A stretch of 64,000 nucleotides of DNA. Source: an uncultured Methanoregulaceae archaeon (GTDB taxonomy: Archaea; Halobacteriota; Methanomicrobia; Methanomicrobiales; Methanospirillaceae). The notes under the pieces are model-generated. The model did no database searches, was not told the DNA's origin, and saw only the letters and a program-made list of their open reading frames with translations. The position numbers and the translations under genes are program-made. The stretch lies in contig CAWJAX010000004.1 of NCBI GenBank assembly GCA_963841015.1, positions 1 through 64,000 of the forward strand. The letters are read 5' to 3'. How positions within the stretch are numbered: the first letter of the stretch is position 1; each line of letters opens with the position of its first letter. This document shows positions 23,507 through 33,356 of the stretch, piece by piece.

Positions 23507-23889
23507 GCACTCTCATAAGCGAACTTCTGTCCCTTCTCTGTAAGCCGGTAGATGATCCAGTTACCATGCTGTTCTCCTTCTATAAGATCAACTCTTTTAA
23601 GCCCCGTGAGATGGTACGAGAGTTTCGAATCTGCAATTCCAATACAGTCCTTGATAATGCAGACACAGAGCGGCTGGATGGCAAGCAGGTAGAGGATAGT
23701 CAACCGGACAGGATCGGAAAGTGCGTTATGTATCGCGCTCATCTCCATGATATTTTTTGGTTTCGGCAGGTGTCTGCACAGCCCATTCACCCCTCCGACT
23801 GCATCGAGATTACAGGGTACTGAAGCGGGTATATCTATCCTGTGCACGGCCTCCTTTTTGGATTTTACCGCTGGTCTTTTTATCATCAA
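23503..23889 (-). CDS. arsR: ArsR/SmtB family regulator (paralog 1)
   Basis: ALSDPVRL..PLCVC..SKLSYHL..GNWIIY. Confidence 0.9.
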   Translation of the reverse strand: MMIKRPAVKSKKEAVHRIDIPASVPCNLDAVGGVNGLCRHLPKPKNIMEMSAIHNALSDPVRLTILYLLAIQPLCVCIIKDCIGIADSKLSYHLTGLKRVDLIEGEQHGNWIIYRLTEKGQKFAYESA

Positions 23890-23903
23890 AAAATCCCCCG
23901 GCT

Positions 23904-23976
23904 ATTTCAAACAAACATGAAATGCGTAGCTATAAATATCTTGCCCGACAATTTTGGATTCAATTAAATTTGAAAT
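23904..23976. promoter_or_regulatory. Pair of TTCAA-N6-WTGAA inverted repeats flanking a TATA box (candidate ArsR operators)
   Basis: ATTTCAA-acaaac-ATGAAAT (23904-23923) and GATTCAA-ttaaat-TTGAAAT (23957-23976), with TATAAATA between them. Confidence 0.7.
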
Positions 23977-24156
23977 TTCCTGAATGAGGATGACGAATAG
24001 TGGCTCTCTGTGAAGGATGCGTTGGGTGGGGCGAGGATCCCCCGGCTCTTTTTTTGAAACGGCAATAATTTTGGAAATATTTCGCTTAAGATACAGAATT
24101 GGAAATCTATCTTTCAAAATCACGATGATATCGGATTAACAAAGAGGAAAATATCC

Positions 24157-26828
24157 ATGGATAAAAACGATCTTAAACCGGCGATTGAGACAGTCACGCT
24201 CCAGATTGGTGGAATGGACTGTACCTGCAACGCCGATCTGCTAGCCAGAAAACTGGATGCTCTCACCGGCATCCGTAGCCACGAGATTACGCCGGTTACC
24301 GGCCAGGCCCGGGTCAGCTACGATCCCGAGGTTATCAGCGTCCAGGAAATCATAAGGACCGTCGCGGAGGCGGGGATGACAGCCTCACAGATCCGCAGCG
24401 AGGGACGGACGAGCACCTGGTGGCGGGAGCCACAGCAGCTGGCACTCTATGGTTGCGGGATTATCGCCCTCATCGCGTTCATCTCGGGCTACTCCGGTGC
24501 TCCGATCCTTGTCACCAATGGGCTCTACCTGCTCGCCGTCATTGTCGGGGTCTACTACCCGGCACGGAAGGCGCTGATCGCACTTCGCGCCATGACGCCA
24601 ACGATCCACCTGCTCATGCTGATCGGCTCGGTCGGCGCGATGGCACTCGGACTCTGGGGCGAAGCTGCTGTCCTGATCTTCGTCTACTCGCTCGGCGACG
24701 TCCTCGAGTCCTATGCCGTGGACAAGGCCCGCGGTGCGATCCGGTCGCTCATGGAGCTGATGCCGAAAGAGGCGCTGGTCAGAAGAAACGGTTGCGAGTC
24801 TGTCTGTGCGGTTGAGTCGATCGGTGTCGGCGAGGTTGTCATCGTTCGTCCGGGCGAGCGGATCCCAGTCGATGGCACCGTTGTCGCAGGGTCGTCTTAC
24901 GTAAATCAGGCTGCAGTTACCGGAGAGCCCGTGCCGGTACGGTGCGAACCCGGCTCTGATGTTTTCGCCGGGACGATCAACCAGAACGGGTCTCTCGAGG
25001 TCCGGGTCACCAAGCCGGCGTCCGAGACGATGCTCTCGCGGATCATCCTCTCGGTTGAGGAGGCACAAGCACAGCGGACCTCGTACCAGCGGTTCTCGGA
25101 CTCCTTCGGAAAATGGTATACGCCGGCAATGTTCGTCCTCGGCATACTCGTCGCCACCGTACCGCCGCTCTTCTTCGGCGCCGAATGGTACCCGTTCATC
25201 TACCGTGGGCTCGTTGTCTTCGTGGTCTCGTGTTCATGCGGTCTCGCCCTCTCGGTCCCCGTCGCAGTGGTGGGAGCGATGGCAAACGCAGCAAAGCAGG
25301 GAACGGTCTTCAAAGGCGGGGTCTATCTCGAGACGGTCGATAAGGTGAAGGTGATCGCTTTTGACAAGACCGGGACCCTTACCATCGGCCGTCCTGCGGT
25401 TACGGATGTTGTAACTTTCGGTGATCTCCGGGAGGATGAACTGCTCGACCTTGCCGGATGCATCGAGTCCAGATCCGGCCACCCGTTGGCAGCCGCAATC
25501 GTCCGGAAGGCTAAAGAAAGCGGTAAGTTCTCAGCCAGACCTGCCTGAGAACTTCGATGAGATTGCAGGACGTGGGGTCTCGGCCACTATCGATGGACAG
25601 GCCTTCCGGATCGGCAGCCCCAGTGCCCTGCTCGAACAGGGTGTTGATACCCGCCGGGCTGAAGAAGACATTGTCCGGCTTGAGAACGAAGGCCGGACCG
25701 TTGTCCTGGTCAGTCGCGACGGTTCGCTCGCCGGACTTATCGCGATTGCCGATGAAGTGCGGGCCGGTGCAGTCGAGGCCCTGCAACGCCTCTCCCGTGC
25801 CGGTGTCCGGACCATCATGCTGACCGGTGACAATGAGCGGAGTGCGCAGGCTATCGCACACCGTATCGGCGTTGACGAGTACCGGGCCCATCTCCTGCCA
25901 ACTGACAAGGTCGACGTTGTGCGGCAGCTCAGGAAACAGTACCGGACCGGTCGCCATGGTTGGCGATGGGATCAATGACGCACCGGCCATGGCCGTTGCG
26001 GATGTCGGTATCGCCATGGGTGCGGCAGGCACGGATATCGCGATCGAAGCCGGGGACATTGTCCTGATGTCCGACGACCTCGGAAAGATCGCGTACGTCC
26101 GGGAGCTCTCCCACCGGACCGTTTCCACGATCCGGCAGAACATCGCTGTCTCATTGATCAACGTCGCGTTCATGGTTATCGCAGCCCTCCTTGGTTACCT
26201 CGGTCTGGTCACGGGCTTGCTCCTCAACGAGGCGAGCGCTGTCTTTGTGATCCTGAACGCCCTGCGGTTGCTGAAATGGAAGAGCCCGGCAGATACCGGG
26301 AAACCGGTGGTTACGGGAGTAACTGTCACCGCTCAAGGCAAACCGAAACGGTTCCGATGGAAACGCTGGCGTCACCCGCGAATGGGGGAACCTGCTGTTC
26401 CTGCACGGAGACAACCCCGGTTGTGTCAAAGTCAATCCCAGAAACCACTAGTGCGGTAGAATCCTGTTGTTCCTGCACAGCCTCACTCGCTGAAGCACCG
26501 GCCCCGGTTGCAGAGGTTGCAAAAAGTTCCTGTTGCTGTTCCAGTGAGGCACAACCGACCGGAGCATCCGCTCCTGTTCCTAAGACCAACAATGCGAATG
26601 AACCGGGGGCATTGGAGATTGCAAAGTTCCGGATCGAAGGGCTTGGTTGTTCCTGTGAAGGCCAGATCGTTGAGAAGCAGGTAAAATCTCTTCGTGGGAT
26701 TGTCAGCTTTCGGTCTGAACCCCATCACCAACAAAATGAAGGTCAGTTACGATCCCTCGATAGTTTCTATCCAGGATATTGAAGCAGCGGTGACAAAAGC
26801 GGGTGTAACTGCCATACCCTTGAAGTAA
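24157..26828 (+). CDS. Heavy-metal P1B-type ATPase with N- and C-terminal HMA domains, four frameshifts
   Basis: VTGEP, DKTGT, SGHP, MLTGD and GDGIND are spread across consecutive overlapping ORFs. The TM motif is SCSC; the HMA motifs are GMDCTC and GLGCSC. Confidence 0.88.
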
Positions 26829-27011
26829 AAATGACGTATCAAAAACATGGGCAGGGAATCATCTGGCCAGATACTTGTAGACTGATGTATTATTCCATAT
26901 ATTTTTAGTATAAAAAACCTGATGAAAAACTCAATCACTTTTTACGTTGATTTTCGTCAAATTACACGTCTAAAACAGTTATTAATCAGGATTATTGAGC
27001 ATATCCTGACG

Positions 27012-27410
27012 TTACTTCTCCAGACGTTCTGTGCACTTCAGCGCCTGGCGCCCATTATCAGTGATGGAATAGATGATCCAGTTTCCCTGTTGTTCACCGA
27101 CAATGAAGTCCTGTTCTTTAAGGATGCTGAGGTGATAGGATAGTTTTGAGTCTGCAATTTTAACGACCTCTTTAATGACACAGACACAAAGCGGCTGGGA
27201 AAGAAGGGAGTACATAACGGTGAGCCGGATAGGGTCCGCAAGTGCCTGGTGGAGCCGGCTGCTTGCATGAAGTGCAGATGCATCTGGTATCCGGGCAAGA
27301 AGTCCTTCCATCCCTCCTTTTTTTTCGAGTTCTTTTTGTATAGTCTCCGGGAGATCTTTGGAAAATTCGCAGCATTTTTCCTTCATGGAAGGCGTCCGTT
27401 TCCGTGCCAT
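27012..27410 (-). CDS. arsR: ArsR/SmtB family regulator (paralog 2)
   Basis: ALADPIRL..PLCVC..IADSKLSYHL..GNWIIY, with an N-terminal CC pair. Confidence 0.9.
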   Translation of the reverse strand: MARKRTPSMKEKCCEFSKDLPETIQKELEKKGGMEGLLARIPDASALHASSRLHQALADPIRLTVMYSLLSQPLCVCVIKEVVKIADSKLSYHLSILKEQDFIVGEQQGNWIIYSITDNGRQALKCTERLEK

Positions 27411-27414
27411 GGCA

Positions 27415-27486
27415 GATTCAAATTTATATGAAATAACAAACTATATATGTTTTCCATAACAATGATGTTTCAAGAAAATTTGAAAT
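27415..27486. promoter_or_regulatory. Second pair of TTCAA-N6-WTGAA inverted repeats flanking a TATA box
   Basis: GATTCAA-atttat-ATGAAAT (27415-27434) and GTTTCAA-gaaaat-TTGAAAT (27467-27486), with TATATAT between them. Confidence 0.7.
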
Positions 27487-27542
27487 CTTTGCTGCACATG
27501 CAGCGGGAACACGATTCAACAGATTGCATACCCCAATGAGAG

Positions 27543-28625
27543 GTGAATAATCACATGACAGATCCCATAACCGGCTCACTCCTGCTGGGGTGGACAACGC
27601 TGCTTGAGTACCTCTCGCAGCATGTCGTCACCTGCCTGATCCCGGCGTTCTTTATTGCCGGTGCTATCGCATCTTTTATCAAAAAAGAAGCGATCCTGAA
27701 ATACTTCAGCCCGGAAACGAAGAAGACCACTTCCTACGGGATTGCTTCGGTGTCAGGTACCGTGCTTGCTGTTTGCAGCTGTACGATTCTCCCGATGTTT
27801 GCCGGAATTCTCAAGAAAGGAAGCGGGCTTGGCCCGGCAATCACATTCCTGTACGCGGGACCTGCGATCAATATCCTTGCCATAGTCTATACCGCAAAAG
27901 TGCTCGGGTTCGATCTCGGTATCGCCCGGGCAGTATCAGCAATCGTACTCTCGATTGTAATCGGTCTGATCATGATGAAACTGTTTCCACAGCATGACGT
28001 GGATACCACAAAAACGTTTGGCGCCGCCCGGAAAGCGGCTATCGCATGTGCGGACACCCGGCCCAATTGGGTCATTCCGGCATTCTTTATCTTCCTGATC
28101 GCGATCCTTTTGATCGGTACGTCAGCGCTGGATGTTTTCCTCAGGCTCCTGATCGTGTACTTCCTCTCCATGGCTGTTGCCTTCCTGTTGATCTACTATT
28201 TCACCCGTGAAGAAGTCACTGACTGGGGATATGAGATCTGGGACCTGACCAAGAAGATTTTCCCCATCCTGGTCATCGGTACATTCGCCCTTGGGGTCCT
28301 TGCATTCTTCATCCCCCCGGAGACGTTCAAGCCGTTCTTCGGTACCAACTCGCTGCTGGCCAACTTCCTCGCAGCCTTAGTCGGAGCAATTCTCTATATG
28401 CCCACCTTGCTTGAAGTGCCGGTCATCGGCACAACACTAGGCTATCTCTCTGGTGACATGGCAAAAGGCCCGGCTCTCTCCCTGCTCCTCACCGGCCCGA
28501 GTATCAGCCTGCCGAGCCTTCTGGTGCTGTACCGGATTATTGGCGGAAAGAAGACCCTTGCATATGCCGGCCTGGTTGTTGGGTTTTCGACAATGGCCGG
28601 TTTCATATTCGGGAATTTTTTCTGA
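27543..28625 (+). CDS. ArsP/DUF318 family permease
   Basis: AVCSCTILP, FLYAGPAIN, YMPTLLEVP and GPSISLPS motifs. Confidence 0.85.
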   Translation: MNNHMTDPITGSLLLGWTTLLEYLSQHVVTCLIPAFFIAGAIASFIKKEAILKYFSPETKKTTSYGIASVSGTVLAVCSCTILPMFAGILKKGSGLGPAITFLYAGPAINILAIVYTAKVLGFDLGIARAVSAIVLSIVIGLIMMKLFPQHDVDTTKTFGAARKAAIACADTRPNWVIPAFFIFLIAILLIGTSALDVFLRLLIVYFLSMAVAFLLIYYFTREEVTDWGYEIWDLTKKIFPILVIGTFALGVLAFFIPPETFKPFFGTNSLLANFLAALVGAILYMPTLLEVPVIGTTLGYLSGDMAKGPALSLLLTGPSISLPSLLVLYRIIGGKKTLAYAGLVVGFSTMAGFIFGNFF

Positions 28626-28637
28626 GGTGAAGAACAT

Positions 28638-28898
28638 ATGAGCGATGATAAACCCTGCTGTGCCGCTGACGCGCTCCGGCGCATACGGCAGGTGAAGATT
28701 AACGGGATCCTGACGGGTATCACACTGCTCGATGAGAGCATTGCAGAAATACGAACGCAGAACTATGGGAGCGAACCGGAGATCCGTGTCGCTCTCCTGA
28801 AGAAGATCCGGATCTACAATTACGTTCCCAAAAGCGTTGAAGATGAATATGCAAGGATCCTGATGGAAGAATATAAAAAAGCCCTCGCAAAAAACTAA
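28638..28898 (+). CDS. Small hypothetical protein with an N-terminal PCCAA motif
   Basis: Lies within the operon after a GAGGTGA RBS; contains IYNYVP..YARIL. Confidence 0.7.
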   Translation: MSDDKPCCAADALRRIRQVKINGILTGITLLDESIAEIRTQNYGSEPEIRVALLKKIRIYNYVPKSVEDEYARILMEEYKKALAKN

Positions 28899-28931
28899 TA
28901 CAAAAAAATTTGAATAACTTCTGGAGATACC

Positions 28932-29168
28932 ATGACAAAAATCGAAATTCTCGGAACCGGGTGCGCCAAGTGCAAACGGCTCTTTGCCAATGCCGAGCAG
29001 GCAGTAAAGGACCTGAAGATTACGGCAGACGTGGTCAAGGTTGAGGACCTGGATGCGATTGTCGAGGCGGGTGTCATGCTGACACCTGCACTCTTCATCA
29101 ATGGCGAACTGCGGGCTGAAGGCCGGGTTCCCTGTGTGGAAGAAATCATAGCAATGCTTAAGGAGTGA
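28932..29168 (+). CDS. MTH895/ArsE-like small thioredoxin
   Basis: KIEILGTGCAKC..GVMLTPALFING. Confidence 0.88.
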   Translation: MTKIEILGTGCAKCKRLFANAEQAVKDLKITADVVKVEDLDAIVEAGVMLTPALFINGELRAEGRVPCVEEIIAMLKE

Positions 29169-29638
29169 AAAGAGTGGCAGAAACACCAACATGTTCATGT
29201 GGACAAAACGAACCGAAACGGATAATCTTTCCCTGTGCCGGGCAGGCTAACACCGGGCAGCTTACGAACCTTGCAGCTATTCAGCTGACGGAAGAAGGCT
29301 ACGGGAGTATTGCCTGTGCTTCGCTGCTAGCAATCGGTTCTGAAGGTCTGGTTAAGAATGCAAAGGATGTCGATGAAGTTCTCGTCCTCGACGGCTGCCC
29401 TATGATGTGCGGCAAGAAGATTGCAGAGGCGCAGGGTGTGCCGGTGGGACAACACCTTGTCATGACTGAACTCGGTATCACCAAAGGGCCGTCGAAATCC
29501 TATACCGAAGCTGACGTCGAGAAGATCGTTGCTGCGTGCTGGAAGGGAGAAGGCCGGAAGAAGGATGCAGCAAAACCGGGAAAAAAGAGCGGTGGAAACG
29601 ACAGCGGGTGCGGCTGCGGGTGTGGCGGGACCTGCTGA
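29165..29638 (+). CDS. DGC-domain putative zinc-binding protein
   Basis: FPCAGQANTGQL and VLDGCPMMCGKK, with a C-terminal GCGCGCGGTC tail. Confidence 0.82.
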   Translation: MKRVAETPTCSCGQNEPKRIIFPCAGQANTGQLTNLAAIQLTEEGYGSIACASLLAIGSEGLVKNAKDVDEVLVLDGCPMMCGKKIAEAQGVPVGQHLVMTELGITKGPSKSYTEADVEKIVAACWKGEGRKKDAAKPGKKSGGNDSGCGCGCGGTC

Positions 29639-29663
29639 TTGCGGATAGTGAGCACCGGGGCGG

Positions 29664-29968
29664 ATGGAAACGACCGAAGAAGACGAGATGCGTACCTGGG
29701 CTGAAGAGTACGCAAAAAAGAATGGCTGGGTGCTGAACCCGGATAAGAAGATACTGGATACCGTCATCCGGGGGCTGGTCCGCAATAAGAAGAAATTCGG
29801 AGAGCAGTACTGCCCGTGCCGGCTCGGTCCGGGGACAAGGAGAAGGACCGGACGATCATCTGCCCATGCATCTACCATAAAGACGAGATCGCACAGGACG
29901 AGCACTGCCACTGCCAGCTCTACTATCGGAAGAATGACGCCGAGCAGATGAAACGGGAGAAGAAGTGA
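29664..29968 (+). CDS. Ferredoxin:thioredoxin reductase catalytic subunit, frameshift near 29826
   Basis: YCPCR, then IICPCIYH..HCHCQLY in the shifted frame (the CPC/CPC/CHC signature). Confidence 0.85.
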
Positions 29969-29984
29969 CCTGAGGTCAATCCGT

Positions 29985-30395
29985 ATGATACCACCACGAT
30001 ACAAGCGTCTGGAGATTGAATGGAAACATTTCGCGGTTGGCGATGCAACCTGTGAGCGATGCGGGAATACCGGTGAAGCGCTCAAAGAGACTGTCGAAGA
30101 ACTAAAGCGTGAGTTTGCTCCTGCAGGAGTGAAGATCAACCTGACCGAGACGCTCCTTGACAAAACACGCATAGCGGAGTCAAACGAGATCCGGATGAAC
30201 GGGATGTTGATCGAAGACCTGCTCGCTGCCGGGGTTGTTTCGACCGACTGTCCTTCCTGTGGTACACTTGCGGGGGAGAGTACCTGCTGCCGGGCGATAG
30301 AGATTGACAATGAACGATTCGAGGATATACCGGCAGAAATGATCAAGAAAGCAGTGTACCTCGCATTGAGCATGAGCACCCCTTCTAAAAAGTGA
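29985..30395 (+). CDS. DUF2703-like Cys-rich protein
   Basis: [18 protein letters not shown] and CPSCG..CCR motifs. Confidence 0.75.
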   Translation: MIPPRYKRLEIEWKHFAVGDATCERCGNTGEALKETVEELKREFAPAGVKINLTETLLDKTRIAESNEIRMNGMLIEDLLAAGVVSTDCPSCGTLAGESTCCRAIEIDNERFEDIPAEMIKKAVYLALSMSTPSKK

Positions 30396-30432
30396 ACTAA
30401 CTATTGAAGAAAAAAGGCATCCAGGATTACGT

Positions 30433-31509
30433 ATGACAACGACAAAACAACTCTCCTTCCTTGACCGCTACCTGACCCTCTGGATTTTCCTTGCGATGGC
30501 TGTCGGTATCGGTATTGGGTACTTTTTACCTGCGGTACCGCTCGTGATTACGGGCCTTTCGGTCGGGACAACGTCGATTCCGATTGCCATCGGGCTCATC
30601 CTGATGATGTACCCGCCGCTCGCTAAGGTGAAGTACGAGGAGCTTGGGAAAGTGTTCCAGGATCGGAAGGTGCTGGGCTTATCGCTCGTCCAGAACTGGA
30701 TTGTCGGACCGGTACTGATGTTTGTCCTTGCCGTCATCTTCCTCCGCGACCAGCCAATGTTCATGTATGGCCTGATCCTCGTCGGCATTGCCCGCTGTAT
30801 CGCGATGGTTATTGTCTGGAATGATCTCGCTGAAGGCGACTGTGAGTACTGTGCTGCTATTGTGGGCCTGAACTCGGTTTTCCAGGTCTTTTTCTACTCG
30901 GTCTATGCATGGTTCTTCATCACCTACCTGCCCCCGCTGCTTGGCATTGGGACGGGTTCTGAGGTCTCGATCACGATGCTCCAGATTGCCGAGAGTGTCT
31001 TCATCTATCTCGGCATCCCGTTCATTGCCGGCATTGTCACGCGTTATATCCTGATCCGCGTGAAATCAAAGGCGTGGTACGAACAGGTATTCATCCCGAA
31101 GATCTCCCCGATTACGCTGATTGCCCTGCTCTTTACGATCATCGTGATGTTCTCCCTGAAAGGGGAGTATATTGTCAACGTCCCCCTTGCTGTCGTCCAG
31201 GTTGCAATCCCGCTGCTCTTCTACTTCGTCATCATGTTCTTTGCGAGCTTCTGGATGTCCTGGCGTCTCGGTGTTGATTACCCTAAGTCGGCATCGCTCT
31301 CATTCACGGCGGCATCCAATAACTTCGAGCTTGCAATTGCAGTTGCCATTGCTGTCTTTGGCATTGCATCACCAGCGGCATTCGCCACGGTGATCGGGCC
31401 GCTTGTCGAAGTGCCCGTTCTGATTTCACTCGTGAATGTCTCGTTCTGGCTTAAGAAGAGATGGTATGGCGGGAAGAGTGATGATACGTGCAGCCCTTCG
31501 TTACGGTGA
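30433..31509 (+). CDS. acr3: Acr3 family arsenite efflux transporter
   Basis: [37 protein letters not shown] and GPLVEVP motifs. Confidence 0.95.
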   Translation: MTTTKQLSFLDRYLTLWIFLAMAVGIGIGYFLPAVPLVITGLSVGTTSIPIAIGLILMMYPPLAKVKYEELGKVFQDRKVLGLSLVQNWIVGPVLMFVLAVIFLRDQPMFMYGLILVGIARCIAMVIVWNDLAEGDCEYCAAIVGLNSVFQVFFYSVYAWFFITYLPPLLGIGTGSEVSITMLQIAESVFIYLGIPFIAGIVTRYILIRVKSKAWYEQVFIPKISPITLIALLFTIIVMFSLKGEYIVNVPLAVVQVAIPLLFYFVIMFFASFWMSWRLGVDYPKSASLSFTAASNNFELAIAVAIAVFGIASPAAFATVIGPLVEVPVLISLVNVSFWLKKRWYGGKSDDTCSPSLR

Positions 31510-31525
31510 AAAAACAGGTGGTCTG

Positions 31526-31939
31526 ATGAAAAAGAAAGTCTTGTTTATCTGCACCCATAACTCGGCCCGCTCACAGATGGCAGAAGGGTATATGAAGGCA
31601 AAGTATGGTGACCGCTACGAAGTATCCAGTGCCGGAACTGAAGTAACCCGGGTCCACCCGATGGCAATTGAGGTCATGAAGGAGATTGGAATCGACATCA
31701 CCAGTCACCGTTCGAAACTAATCGATGAGTTCTTCGGTAAAGGAATAGGTACCGTAGTGACGGTCTGCGATTCTGCACAGAAAGCCTGTCCGTTTTTCCC
31801 GGGTGCAAAGGAAGAAATTCACCGGAGTTTTCCGGATCCTTCGGCATTTAATGGGTCTGATGAGGAGATCCGGGCCGGGTTCCACCGCGTGAGAGATGAG
31901 ATTATCCAATGGATCGATGAATATTTTACAAGAAGGTAA
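31526..31939 (+). CDS. arsC: Arsenate reductase (thioredoxin-coupled, LMW-PTP fold)
   Basis: FICTHNSARSQMAEG, TVCD..ACPFFP and FPDP motifs. Confidence 0.92.
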   Translation: MKKKVLFICTHNSARSQMAEGYMKAKYGDRYEVSSAGTEVTRVHPMAIEVMKEIGIDITSHRSKLIDEFFGKGIGTVVTVCDSAQKACPFFPGAKEEIHRSFPDPSAFNGSDEEIRAGFHRVRDEIIQWIDEYFTRR

Positions 31940-31943
31940 AACC

Positions 31944-32780
31944 ATGACTGACGAACACGAAATACGGAAACAAGTACGGAAAAGCTACGCAAAGGTTGTT
32001 GAAGGGAGTAGCGGATGCAGCTGCGGCCCAAATTCCTCTTGCTGTGGCGGAGCGACAACGGCAGAACAGATAAGCGCGAAGGTCGGCTACTCAGCCGAGG
32101 AGATGGGGGCTGTCCCGGAGGGGGCAAATCTCGGCCTCGGGTGCGGGAACCCGCTTGCCCATGCAGCGATTCATGAAGGGGACACAGTCCTAGATCTGGG
32201 ATCCGGTGCCGGGTTCGATTGTTTCCTTGCTGCCCGGAAAGTCGGAAAGACAGGACGGGTTATCGGGGTTGACATGACGCACGAGATGCTGCTGAAAGCA
32301 CGGGAAAATGCGAAAAAGTCGGGTGCAACCAATGTAGAGTTCCGGCTCGGGGAAATCGAAGCCCTGCCGGTTGCTGATAACTCCGTTGATCTTATCATCT
32401 CAAATTGTGTTATCAATCTCTCTCCTGACAAGGCGAGAGTCTTCCGCGAGGCATTCCGGGTGCTGAAGCCGGGGGGATTGCTCATGGTTTCAGATATTGT
32501 CCTGACCCGTGAACTTCCGGAATCAGTGCGTACTTCGATGGAAGCCTATGCCAGCTGCATCGCGGGTGCGAGCCTGAAAGATGCCTATCTTGACCTGATC
32601 CGAAAGGCACATTTTTCCGATGTAGCGGTACTTGAGGAAACCGCCGTACCTTTCGGGCTGGCAGTGGCAGACCCCCTTATAAAAGCAGGTTTTGAGTCCC
32701 TGTCCCTTTCGAAAGATGAATACACACAAATCACGGAATCGGTGAAGAGTGTGAAGGTAAAGGCGATAAAAAGAAGATGA
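31944..32780 (+). CDS. arsM: Arsenite methyltransferase
   Basis: NLGLGCGNP, LDLGSGAGFDC, IISNCVINL and ASCIAGA motifs. Confidence 0.93.
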   Translation: MTDEHEIRKQVRKSYAKVVEGSSGCSCGPNSSCCGGATTAEQISAKVGYSAEEMGAVPEGANLGLGCGNPLAHAAIHEGDTVLDLGSGAGFDCFLAARKVGKTGRVIGVDMTHEMLLKARENAKKSGATNVEFRLGEIEALPVADNSVDLIISNCVINLSPDKARVFREAFRVLKPGGLLMVSDIVLTRELPESVRTSMEAYASCIAGASLKDAYLDLIRKAHFSDVAVLEETAVPFGLAVADPLIKAGFESLSLSKDEYTQITESVKSVKVKAIKRR

Positions 32781-32813
32781 CTGTTAGATTATAATCCAAT
32801 CCTTTGAATCAAG

Positions 32814-33179
32814 GTGAGAGAAATTACTGACGAAAGTCCATTGATCCTTATCACCTGCTCGGGTGTTTCCAATACCGGGAAACTGACGGCACAGGTCGCG
32901 GGAATCCTTGCGCAGAAAGAACCGGATCTCTTTGAGGGGCACGTGCATGTAAAGCAGTCCACCCGCGATATGGAAGCGGTAATCAATGGTGGTAAGGTGG
33001 TGGTGATTGACGGATGCGGAGATCGGTGTGCAGCAAAGAAACTCAAAAGTTTTTTCATTACCCCCCATATCCATATCATCGCGACTGAAGAGGGAATCGA
33101 AAAGAACGGAATGGGTGACCCGAAGTTCGAAGAGATTGAAACGCTCATCGCGGCGGTTCGCAGGGAAGTTCGGCGATAA
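32814..33179 (+). CDS. DGC-domain putative zinc-binding protein (second copy)
   Basis: TCSGVSNTGKL and IDGCGDRCAAK motifs. Confidence 0.8.
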   Translation: MREITDESPLILITCSGVSNTGKLTAQVAGILAQKEPDLFEGHVHVKQSTRDMEAVINGGKVVVIDGCGDRCAAKKLKSFFITPHIHIIATEEGIEKNGMGDPKFEEIETLIAAVRREVRR

Positions 33180-33356
33180 TCCAGATCGTGTATGTAAAAA
33201 ATGAATAGATGAATTATGGAAATGGTGAAGAAATACTGAATTTCCTGTACTCAGTTAAAATTTTTGCGGGGGACTGGAAGACCACAAAAAAATCTTTCAT
33301 GCCCGGATTTGAATGATCGATAAGAAACTCGCCTGTTTGAAATCAGTGACGGAATC

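Noticed and set aside
26861-27010. 12-bp palindrome ATCTGGCCAGAT and hairpin TCAGGAT/ATCCTGA between convergent genes
   Set aside because: Single occurrences, compatible with ordinary terminators or chance.
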